From positions 32,001-96,000 of the forward strand of contig JBNKOC010000007.1 in assembly GCA_050294405.1 (NCBI GenBank): a stretch of DNA of 64,000 nt, read 5' to 3'. This DNA comes from Fibrobacteria bacterium (GTDB taxonomy: Bacteria; Fibrobacterota; Fibrobacteria; UBA11236; JADFYW01). Shown here piece by piece: positions 29,357 to 37,888 of this stretch. A program made the translations under genes and the position numbers. The number at the start of each line of letters is the position of its first letter. The stretch's first letter is position 1. The notes beneath the pieces are model-generated. The model worked only from the letters and a program-made list of their open reading frames with translations. It made no database searches and was not told the DNA's origin.

Positions 29357-29917
29357 TTATTCCACTTGGCTCTTAAATTCAGCCTTTCGATTCGAACTCT
29401 GCTCCGCAATATTTCCATTTTGATTAATCGCAAACTCCTCTCCAAAGCTCCTAATTTTGAGCTGGTTTTCGGGAACTCCCAACGCCATTAAATACTCCAT
29501 CACAGCCTTAGCTCTTCGCTCCCCCAGCGCAAGGTTATAATCTTCGGTTCCAAAACTATCGGTGTGCCCATCAATGGTCATATTGACAATGCTTTGGCTA
29601 GGGTTTTTACGGATAATATAAGCGACTTTGGAAAGAGTATTTCGCCCCTCTTCTGTTAGGACCCACTTGTCATAGTCAAAAAACACTTTGTTTTTCATAA
29701 CATCCTGCAACAGTAAATTAATTTCCGCTGGCTTTTTTAAACTAGCCGTGGCTTGATAAATATCCGAATCAATCCCCTTTGAATCAGAATCAATGTTGTT
29801 CGATGGATTCAATTTAACTTTCGCTTTGCTTTGATGGGAACCCGGACAATGTATAAAAAACAAAGAAGTAATAATCAGTAACATAAGTTTTAAATTTTTC
29901 AGGATTGACGCATTCAT
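29357..29917 (-). CDS. OmpA-family peptidoglycan-associated lipoprotein (Pal-like)
   Basis: Lipobox-like FIHC; VFFDYDK, IDGHTD, YNLALGERRA, SFGEE, NRKAE. Confidence 0.88.
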   Translation of the reverse strand: MNASILKNLKLMLLIITSLFFIHCPGSHQSKAKVKLNPSNNIDSDSKGIDSDIYQATASLKKPAEINLLLQDVMKNKVFFDYDKWVLTEEGRNTLSKVAYIIRKNPSQSIVNMTIDGHTDSFGTEDYNLALGERRAKAVMEYLMALGVPENQLKIRSFGEEFAINQNGNIAEQSSNRKAEFKSQVE

Positions 29918-30058
29918 TTAAACCTCCACATAATTTTTTAACTTTGATTAATATATTTCAGGAGCTGAAAAGAGTCCTTTTATTCAGCTTTGTAGAGAGA
30001 TTTAGTGGCCACAATTTGTGGCCATTATATTGTGAATCCTATATCCATTTGTTCAAAT

Positions 30059-30307
30059 TCAATTATTCTCAGTGCTGGTGGATCCACCCCTCTCCCCTTC
30101 TGGGACAGGAATGTTTGTATCCAGAGTATCTTTTGTACCTTCCTCAGAAGGCTCGTCGTCCAGTATTATTTCCGGCTGCGGGGGACTATATGGAACCGGT
30201 TCGGGTTTTGGTTTGGAACAAGCGGCCCATAACATTAAAGCCGCAATAGAAATAAGAGCAAGAGGCAAATTACTCTTAATTAACTGTTGTGGTATTTTTA
30301 TTTTCAT
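30059..30307 (-). CDS. Small Pro/Glu-rich lipoprotein
   Basis: Lipobox WAAC; ATGA overlap with the TIGR02147 stop. Confidence 0.6.
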   Translation of the reverse strand: MKIKIPQQLIKSNLPLALISIAALMLWAACSKPKPEPVPYSPPQPEIILDDEPSEEGTKDTLDTNIPVPEGERGGSTSTENN

Positions 30308-31146
30308 AGTTTATCAAGGTTAACTGAAACTGGAAAAAACTGCAGATTTAATTGAAAAACCCTATTGTACGAATCTGACTCCTCCACGATTTTCAATACA
30401 TCCTTGCGAAACTCTTTGGCTAATTTTTTAATTTTTTCAAATCCGTCCTCAGAGCTGCTCAATGTTATTGTAGATAAATCTCTTTGTTCTTTGGGAATCC
30501 GCTCATGGGCAAAATTACCCAGTAGAAAAGCTTGTTTTTGAAAATTTCTAATTGCCAACGATTGGACCAATTGAAAAGCCTGAATATGTTTATCCATTGC
30601 CTTATATATGGCTCCCTTTCTTTTTACTAGTTTTAATTTTGACAACGTTTGAACGGCATCCTTAGCCTTTGCGGAACTGATACTGGGAAGCAAAAGCCGA
30701 CCCAGGTAAGCATAATCGTTTTTAAAGTCCACTTTACAAATGACTTCTCTCAGTGGCGCTAAATACCAGTCTTTTAAATACTCAAATTGGGTGGATTGAA
30801 GTTGTATTATTTTGGAAGACTTCCCCAATTTCTTCATGACCTCCCAATATCTTAGCCTGGTTTCATGATCTTTACTTTCCTTGAAAAAGACCATAGCTTC
30901 AAAGTATTGGGCTTGGGATTTATTAAGATTGAGGGCCAATGTTACCTTAGGAATGGTTTTAAGATTTAAAGGGCGTTCAGCACGCATAACAAATTGCATA
31001 AAGCTACGTGACTTAAATCCAGCTTTATTCGCTAGCATTTGATATGAATAGTTGGGCTGACTTGCTTTTTTGGCTTTAAACCAATCGTTTAAATATTCAA
31101 TGTAATTGGTATAATTAAAAATATTAACACTATCTTCTGCGGCCAT
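30304..31146 (-). CDS. TIGR02147 family protein (HTH + DUF4423)
   Basis: IFNYTNYIEYLNDWF, SYQMLANKAGFKS, WYLAPLRE, RDLSTITL, VFQLNLQFFP. ORF track starts at 31185. Confidence 0.9.
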   Translation of the reverse strand: MAAEDSVNIFNYTNYIEYLNDWFKAKKASQPNYSYQMLANKAGFKSRSFMQFVMRAERPLNLKTIPKVTLALNLNKSQAQYFEAMVFFKESKDHETRLRYWEVMKKLGKSSKIIQLQSTQFEYLKDWYLAPLREVICKVDFKNDYAYLGRLLLPSISSAKAKDAVQTLSKLKLVKRKGAIYKAMDKHIQAFQLVQSLAIRNFQKQAFLLGNFAHERIPKEQRDLSTITLSSSEDGFEKIKKLAKEFRKDVLKIVEESDSYNRVFQLNLQFFPVSVNLDKL

Positions 31147-31286
31147 AAAATCCACTTTTAATCTTTCTCGCCTATAAATAAACAATAAAAATTATTTACG
31201 ACCAGAATTAGGGCTAGAAACCCTTAAAAATTCCAATTTCACGCCATAAAAATAGTAGCTCTATAGATATTGAGCCTACTTAAACC

Positions 31287-32246
31287 CTATTCCAACTTAA
31301 TCAAAATCGGTTTAGAAAAATAATCCTTATAGACGCCAGAGACATACACTTCAGGCTGCATAAAATATTTATCTAAGCCTGGGGCAAAAAACAATTTCAT
31401 TAAGTCAAATTGAAAATATCCAGATATTTTTCCTTCCTGTATTTTCAGAGAAGTTAATGGCGCAAATATTTGAATTACTTTTGGCTCATCAAATTCCGGG
31501 GCGGAGACAAAAATATTAATGGGAAAATTTTTAATATTATCACTAATATCATAATCAAGACTAAAACTTCCATACACCACAAGTGGTGAATTATTTTCTT
31601 CTTTATTGGTTGTCACACACTTAAATGAAAAGCCCAACTCAGGAATATCCGGGCTTTGTTCATTCTTTTTAAAACCAAGCAAAGCCTCTTCGCTTAATCC
31701 ATCATCGGAGCTTTTTAACTTTTTTAAAAATTGAGATTGTGTTATCAAATGATATTGGGATACTAATTTAAATTTATGAACATTTGAAATATTATTTCCA
31801 TTGTGGAGGGCTATATTCCAATCACCAAATTCAGGAAATATCTGCGCTGGAATATCTTTCCAAAGACCTTCATAATTCACTTTTAAATTGCCGCCTTGCG
31901 TTTTTTCTTTTTGTGTCTTAGCGCCTGCACCTGGTAAAGGCATTTTATCCAGTTGCACTAATTTTTGCAATTTAACATCTCCGCTTGTATTTGAACTAAA
32001 AATAAGAGTTCCCTGTTTTTGATGCTTATACTCTATGTTATCCCGGTTATTTTCTTTTATAGCCACAAATAATGGCACATTTTTATGGACATCGATTTTA
32101 AAAAGCTTTGGACCAGCAACATACAATTCATTCAGATTTTCACTTTGAGCCATTTGCTCCATTGCTGGGGGTTTCCAGTCCGGCTTCTCAAAAAATACAG
32201 AATCCGCGAAGTTTAGGAAAAATAGTTCTAACATTGACTTCTCCAT
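31287..32246 (-). CDS. Hypothetical cytoplasmic protein coupled to the Hcp fusion gene
   Basis: 319-aa ORF starting 2 nt after the 32249 stop; no signal peptide or recognised motif. Confidence 0.7.
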   Translation of the reverse strand: MEKSMLELFFLNFADSVFFEKPDWKPPAMEQMAQSENLNELYVAGPKLFKIDVHKNVPLFVAIKENNRDNIEYKHQKQGTLIFSSNTSGDVKLQKLVQLDKMPLPGAGAKTQKEKTQGGNLKVNYEGLWKDIPAQIFPEFGDWNIALHNGNNISNVHKFKLVSQYHLITQSQFLKKLKSSDDGLSEEALLGFKKNEQSPDIPELGFSFKCVTTNKEENNSPLVVYGSFSLDYDISDNIKNFPINIFVSAPEFDEPKVIQIFAPLTSLKIQEGKISGYFQFDLMKLFFAPGLDKYFMQPEVYVSGVYKDYFSKPILIKLE

Positions 32247-32248
32247 TT

Positions 32249-35200
32249 TTATAATTCCCCAAGTTTTTTAATTGATTGCGCCATAACAATGGGCTTACAA
32301 CTGGGACAAAAAACTAATTTACAATTGTAATTTAGTTGGTGAAACATGATACATTTTCCATCATCGTTATGGCTTGCGGTGGAAGTTGACTTGTCAATTT
32401 CCCAACTGCAATGAGAGCCGCTCCCTCCCATACCAGTATATTGATCTTTGTGATCACTTGCAGAAAAGCCGGAAGGAAATCCATAGGCATTTTTTCCGGG
32501 AACCATGTTAATTAAGTGTCCTACTTCGTGAGCCACGCACTGAGAATGGATTGTATCATTGTTATCAATTACAATCAGATTATGTGGAGGCGTTCCTCCA
32601 TCCCCTCCCCAGGGTCCGCTTGCCACGGTTACCACCAGATGAATTTGAACCGGTTGTTGTTTAGAAGGCGTCGCGTTTTTTGGCAAATCAACTTTAAATT
32701 TATTGCTCCCTTGGAAAGTAATTGTGCCAACATTATCATTGGCGTTTTTGGCATCCTGGGAAAGCGTGCCAGATTTTCCGGTTTTCGCATTTTTCCACCA
32801 GCAATTCACAATGAGTTTTGAACCCGTTTGAATAGGTGGGTCTATAACTTCTCTACTATCCTCATCTATTTCAATTACGCCGGAATTTTTTTCAAAAAAC
32901 TCATCCGTTCCGCTGGTTAAAACATTTCCTGCACCATCTAATCCGTCGTATTGCTCGTCGCACAATATAATATTCACACATTGGCCTTTGTGAGTTGTGC
33001 TGAGCATATCATGAAATTTTTTGGCATTGTGATTTCCAATCCGGACGGAACCATTTGGGTATTCATTATGTGTGGCAGCGGATTCGGAGAGGAACTCGAT
33101 AAAGTTCTCCCTAAATATCTTTTCTGATGTTTTCATGGAAGGCGGAATTAGATCTTTATGATGGGTCAACTGGTACCAAAGCTTTCTCCAGTTTGTAATG
33201 CTTACTTTGATAGCTGATTTTCCACCGACAGGCTTGGCTTCCACTTCGTACACATCTCCCCCAGCCAGCCCTAGGGACAAAGACATTTCGGATTGTCCAT
33301 TTTTTACCGTGCTTTTTGCTATTCCTTCCCCGTTTTTTAAGGGGTTCACTTTTTTAGAATTAGGGTCCAAAAATCCTTTTTCAGGTTTTGTGCGTTTGCT
33401 GTTGTCTTTATGAGCTTTAACTTTCCATTCAATCTCTATGTTATCTGACTCATTTTTGGATTTTACTACCAAAGTAATCACATCCCCCATTTCTTTGCCA
33501 TTAGATGCTTGATTAACATATTGAATGTGGGCCGCCGAAGATGGAAATACAAATTCAATTTCAGGATTTTCAATTATGGGCAGTTTCTTATCCCCTTTAA
33601 TGGGATCTTTATCCCATTGGCTGTCATCATAAACAGGGCACTCCTCACTTGTCACCCTGGTGTTTTTATCAGAATGTCCTAAAAGTTCCGGAGCGTCCGC
33701 AGCTTCCCAAAAAATAACCTCCACCCTGCGGTTGGTTTTAGATACATAACCATCCTTTCCTTTTCCTTCAATGGGAAAACTTTCCCCGCAGGGGTAAATT
33801 CCTTCGCCCTTATAACCAAAGTTTAATTTTGGCGGTTGTTCTCCATAAACATCTTTCAGAAAAAATTGATATACATCAAAAATGGCTCCCCATGTTTTTG
33901 GACCGACAATTCCATCTGGCTTCAGATCTCCTTTATGCCTGTTGTTAAATTCCAACTGGAAACCCTTCACTCCTTCCTTAGTTTTTGGGCCATCTGCCCC
34001 ATCTGTTTTTCCAGGATCGCAATTCCACCCATAGCTTTCTGTTAAAGAGCTTAGAATACATTGATAATCAAGAGTGTTGCTTTTTTTCCCCACAACTTCG
34101 GACCAGGCAGAAGCGTTTCCCTCTAATAAAGATTTAATGGATATGGACCTCAATTCTGAAAGATCATAATTATATGCCAATTCTCCCGATGTATCGGTAT
34201 GGCCGAATACAACCATTTCCTGACTGGGGTTTTCTCCAGCTTGTTTATAAGCGGCCGCAAGAGCTCCTAAGAGACTCCCCTCTTTATCCAAACATGGTAC
34301 AGCGCTGTTTGTATTAAAAAGCACATCCGGCATTTCCACAAAACAGGCTTTTTTCTTATCCTGTTGGGGCATTAATAAATGTTCGCTTTCCAGTGAGTTC
34401 GAAGCCTCGGGATGGGTGGCCAAAAAATAATATTCCACAGGTTTTTTATCGCTGCTTTCATCATAGTAATATTTATTATTGTGAAATAATTTAAGTTCGG
34501 CTTCCGCAACGCCATCATTTAGAAACCCGTCAGCCTTGGATTTCATATCTTCCACAACATCCTGATATTTAGAATAAAGACTGATTTGAATTTTTTTCTT
34601 GCTCTCTGGAGGCAATTCAGCCTTAACTTGAACCTTACAGGCCTCGTTAAACTTAAATCCCTGGCCAGGTTTTATAAATTTGCCAGATAAAAGCCTTACA
34701 TTTTTTGCGACTTTTTTTTGTTTAGCTGGTTGCGCTGCAACAAATTGTTCTTCCTCCACAATATCATTGTCCGCCCCGTTATTCCGATTCCATTCATCCC
34801 AATACATAATATTGCCATCGAGATAATGCCAGGTTATACGATTGTATCGAAGGCTTACTTCTTCAATGGCTTTAAATTTTTCAAATTTTGGATTTTTAAC
34901 GGAAGGCAAAATTTGCCGGACTCCAACAACAGTAACATCGTTTAAAATATGGCGAAAGTACTCCACTTGTTTTTTTTGGTCTTTCCGATACTGATACCAT
35001 CGAATTTGCAATTCTTCAATGGCATCCCCCCTCGACAATGCCTGGTACATAAGGGGGGTTAACTGGTCCACCTTTTTTTGAAATACCAAACTTCCATGTT
35101 GGCGTAATGGGTCTGTGCTATCGTATTCCCCATTTTCTGTGCTAACATTATGATCAAAACAGAAAACTTCAAACATGCCTTCTTTTTCAAAAACCTGAAT

Positions 35201-35257
35201 GGCAGATTGAAAACTGGCGCCTCCATTGGTAAATTGTAAAAATGAGGAAATAGCCAA
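32249..35257 (-). CDS. Hcp/TssD-domain fusion: Hcp + OmpA-like domain with inserted PG-binding domain + C-terminal HExxH metallopeptidase
   Basis: RQHGSLVFQKKVDQLTPLMYQAL and EEVSLRYNRITW (Hcp); FGHTDTSG, YNYDLSELR, NRRVE (OmpA); DGADGPKT and DGIVGPKTW (PG_binding_1); AHEVGH and CIM. Confidence 0.85.
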   Translation of the reverse strand: MAISSFLQFTNGGASFQSAIQVFEKEGMFEVFCFDHNVSTENGEYDSTDPLRQHGSLVFQKKVDQLTPLMYQALSRGDAIEELQIRWYQYRKDQKKQVEYFRHILNDVTVVGVRQILPSVKNPKFEKFKAIEEVSLRYNRITWHYLDGNIMYWDEWNRNNGADNDIVEEEQFVAAQPAKQKKVAKNVRLLSGKFIKPGQGFKFNEACKVQVKAELPPESKKKIQISLYSKYQDVVEDMKSKADGFLNDGVAEAELKLFHNNKYYYDESSDKKPVEYYFLATHPEASNSLESEHLLMPQQDKKKACFVEMPDVLFNTNSAVPCLDKEGSLLGALAAAYKQAGENPSQEMVVFGHTDTSGELAYNYDLSELRSISIKSLLEGNASAWSEVVGKKSNTLDYQCILSSLTESYGWNCDPGKTDGADGPKTKEGVKGFQLEFNNRHKGDLKPDGIVGPKTWGAIFDVYQFFLKDVYGEQPPKLNFGYKGEGIYPCGESFPIEGKGKDGYVSKTNRRVEVIFWEAADAPELLGHSDKNTRVTSEECPVYDDSQWDKDPIKGDKKLPIIENPEIEFVFPSSAAHIQYVNQASNGKEMGDVITLVVKSKNESDNIEIEWKVKAHKDNSKRTKPEKGFLDPNSKKVNPLKNGEGIAKSTVKNGQSEMSLSLGLAGGDVYEVEAKPVGGKSAIKVSITNWRKLWYQLTHHKDLIPPSMKTSEKIFRENFIEFLSESAATHNEYPNGSVRIGNHNAKKFHDMLSTTHKGQCVNIILCDEQYDGLDGAGNVLTSGTDEFFEKNSGVIEIDEDSREVIDPPIQTGSKLIVNCWWKNAKTGKSGTLSQDAKNANDNVGTITFQGSNKFKVDLPKNATPSKQQPVQIHLVVTVASGPWGGDGGTPPHNLIVIDNNDTIHSQCVAHEVGHLINMVPGKNAYGFPSGFSASDHKDQYTGMGGSGSHCSWEIDKSTSTASHNDDGKCIMFHQLNYNCKLVFCPSCKPIVMAQSIKKLGEL

Positions 35258-35428
35258 GCTCTACCCTATTTTAAAGTCCGTAAATTGGTAATAACATGCT
35301 GAATGGAATTCGAGCACATCAAAAATTAATTATTCCTCATGGAATTTGACATAAAAATTTTGCAGCAACGCCTTAAATTCAGTTTTTTCGCTTAAAAATT
35401 AGCACAGTTCTGAAATAAGCCGTGTTTA

Positions 35429-35450
35429 TTTATCGGCTAAAGCCCGGGAA
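35429..35450. repeat. Intergenic motif copy 2, TTTATCGGCTAAAGCC-CGGGAA
   Basis: 16-nt exact match to 23851-23866. Confidence 0.5.
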
Positions 35451-35544
35451 ATAAAATGCTGCAAATTGTAATTAATTGCCAGCTTAAATTGGCATAGACC
35501 TATGTATCTTCCTGCAAATAACTAAAAATTGGGCTGTTCCCAGC

Positions 35545-35560
35545 TTGGCACAATTCTTGT
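35545..35560 (+). promoter_or_regulatory. Putative sigma-54 (-24/-12) promoter of glutamine synthetase
   Basis: TTGGCAC-AATTC-TTGT versus consensus TGGCAC-N5-TTGC; 67 nt before the ATG. Confidence 0.55.
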
Positions 35561-35627
35561 TCCTCTATCTTTCAAATCTATTCGGCCCAACGAATAGCTT
35601 CATATTTTTTAAACAAGGAATAATAAC

Positions 35628-37802
35628 ATGAGCGGGAATGCTGCACGGTTAATGGCCATTAAAGAAATCACAAATAGGCCTCCATTTAAAGTAAGTCAAC
35701 CCGAAGCTTTAAAGAAAATATGGGCCAGCAATGTTTTTGACCTGGCCACAATGGAAGAATCATTGTCAAAAAATGCTTTTAAGGCTATTAAAAAGACCGT
35801 TCAGACTGGTGAAAAACTGGATAAATCCACCGCAGATGTTGTGGCAGCCGCTATGAAAGAATGGGCAATGAACAAGGGTGTAAAATTTTTCTCCCATATT
35901 TTTTACCCTATGACAAATGCCACGGCGGAAAAACACGATGGGTTTATTATCACAAATTCCGAAGGCCACGCAATCACAGAGTTTACAGGAAGCTTATTAA
36001 TTAAAGGCGAACCAGATGGTTCCTCCTTTCCCAATGGAAGCCTTAGAATGACCAGCGCCGCCCGTGGATATACAGCCTGGGACCCCACAAGCCCTGCATA
36101 TATCACCGAAACAGACAACGGCGCCACCTTGATGATTCCCAGTGTGTTTTTCTCCTGGACGGGGGAGTCGCTGGATAAAAAAATTCCCTTGCTGCGCTCC
36201 AATCGGGCTGTGGACCGGGCTGCCAGAAAGGTTTTAACCCTCATGGGAGAAACGGAAATAGCCACTTTAAATTCCAGCTGCGGTGCCGAACAGGAATACT
36301 TCCTGGTGGATACTAATTTTGCTAACGCCCGACCTGACCTACTATTTGCTGGTCGAACTTTGTTTGGAGCAGCGCCTGCAAAGGGACAGCAATTCGATGA
36401 TCATTACTTCGGTTCAATTCCTACCCGTGTCCTAAACTTTATGCAGGATTTCGAAGACAAACTTTATAAACTTGGAATTCCTGCCAAGACCCATCACAAT
36501 GAAGTGGCACCGGGGCAGTTTGAAATAGCCCCTTATTTTGAATCGGCAAATGTTGCAGCTGACCACCAGCAAATGATGATGACTATGATGAAAAGCACCG
36601 CCAAAGCGCATGGATTCACATGTTTACTTCATGAAAAACCATTCGCAGGTGTTAACGGATCGGGAAAGCATGTTAACTGGTCCATTGGAAACTCCACTCA
36701 AGGAAATTTGCTCGACCCAGGGAATACTCCTGAGCAAAACCTCAACTTTTTACTTTTCTGCGGTGCAGTAATTCGAGGAGTGCATCTTTTTGGACCCTTA
36801 CTAAGGGCAGTAGTAGCCACAGCCAGCAATGACCACCGGCTGGGAGCCAACGAAGCTCCTCCTGCCATACTATCTGTTTATCTAGGTGATTTACTTGAAG
36901 CTGTGTTTAAGGACATTAAAACCGGAAAGTTAAACAAAACAAAAGAGGGCGGCGAAATGGATTTGGGCCTTAGCCAAATTTTGAAATTCGATAGAGACCC
37001 AGGGGATAGAAACAGAACATCGCCTTTTGCATTTACTGGAAACCGCTTTGAGTTCAGAGCCGTTGGCTCCTCTCAATCTGTCTCCGGCCCCTTGGTAGCT
37101 ATGAACACCATCTTGGCTGACTCACTGGACTGGATAGCTGGAGAATTGGAAGAGGCATTAGCTTCTGGTCTGCCAAAAGCAGAGGCGGTAGTAAAAGTTC
37201 TTCAGAAGTTAATGAACCTGCACGACAAGGTTATTTTTGGCGGAGATGGCTACTCCGAAGCTTGGCATAGAATGGCAGTGGAAGAAAGAGGGCTCCGCAA
37301 TATACCCAATACAGCAGAGGCACTACTTGCGTTTAAAGATCCAGATGTAATCAAATTATTTGAATCCATGGCGGTTCTCACTCCAAAGGAATTGCAAAGC
37401 CGTTTTGAAGTTTATTCAGAACAATACATTTTGTCTTTAGAAGTAGAAGCTAAATTAGTGGCTAACATGGCAAAAACAACCATCGCTCCTGCCGCCTTAA
37501 GTTATCTTTCCAAACTCTCCAGCACAACCGCTGAATTATCAAGTCAGGGTGTGACTTTGGATTCTACATTAACAGCCAGCATCGCAGAAAACCTGAACCA
37601 AATGTTAGCTTCCGTTTCAAAATTAGAAGAAGCTCTGGAAAAAGAAGAGTTTTCCAGTGTGGATGAGCATATGGAGTTCATGGCTACGGAAGTAATCGGC
37701 CTTATGACATTAATTCGTGGTTATGCAGATAAATTGGAAACTTTGGTGGCCGACGAGCTGTGGCCCCTGCCTAAATATTCTGAAATGTTGTTTATTCGAT
37801 AA
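35628..37802 (+). CDS. glnA: Glutamine synthetase type III
   Basis: AEKHDGF, GEPDGSSFPNG, ARGYTAWDPTSP, GAEQEYF, HNEVAPGQFE, HEKPFAGVNGSGKH, DRNRTSPFAFTGNRFEFR, WPLPKY. Confidence 0.97.
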   Translation: MSGNAARLMAIKEITNRPPFKVSQPEALKKIWASNVFDLATMEESLSKNAFKAIKKTVQTGEKLDKSTADVVAAAMKEWAMNKGVKFFSHIFYPMTNATAEKHDGFIITNSEGHAITEFTGSLLIKGEPDGSSFPNGSLRMTSAARGYTAWDPTSPAYITETDNGATLMIPSVFFSWTGESLDKKIPLLRSNRAVDRAARKVLTLMGETEIATLNSSCGAEQEYFLVDTNFANARPDLLFAGRTLFGAAPAKGQQFDDHYFGSIPTRVLNFMQDFEDKLYKLGIPAKTHHNEVAPGQFEIAPYFESANVAADHQQMMMTMMKSTAKAHGFTCLLHEKPFAGVNGSGKHVNWSIGNSTQGNLLDPGNTPEQNLNFLLFCGAVIRGVHLFGPLLRAVVATASNDHRLGANEAPPAILSVYLGDLLEAVFKDIKTGKLNKTKEGGEMDLGLSQILKFDRDPGDRNRTSPFAFTGNRFEFRAVGSSQSVSGPLVAMNTILADSLDWIAGELEEALASGLPKAEAVVKVLQKLMNLHDKVIFGGDGYSEAWHRMAVEERGLRNIPNTAEALLAFKDPDVIKLFESMAVLTPKELQSRFEVYSEQYILSLEVEAKLVANMAKTTIAPAALSYLSKLSSTTAELSSQGVTLDSTLTASIAENLNQMLASVSKLEEALEKEEFSSVDEHMEFMATEVIGLMTLIRGYADKLETLVADELWPLPKYSEMLFIR

Positions 37803-37888
37803 GAGAAAGGCTCTGTATCACAAAAAAAGTCAGGAAAAGCTGTTATTGAATTTGCGCCCCTTTTATGGAGCGCCTAAAAAATCTGAGG

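Noticed and set aside
29905..30323. Plus-strand ORFs 29905-30249, 30005-30232 and 30072-30323
   Set aside because: The minus-strand lipoprotein 30059-30307, with lipobox and ATGA coupling, explains the region better
32249..35257. Complete T6SS or prophage locus
   Set aside because: No sheath, baseplate, VgrG, capsid or integrase genes are recognisable in the window
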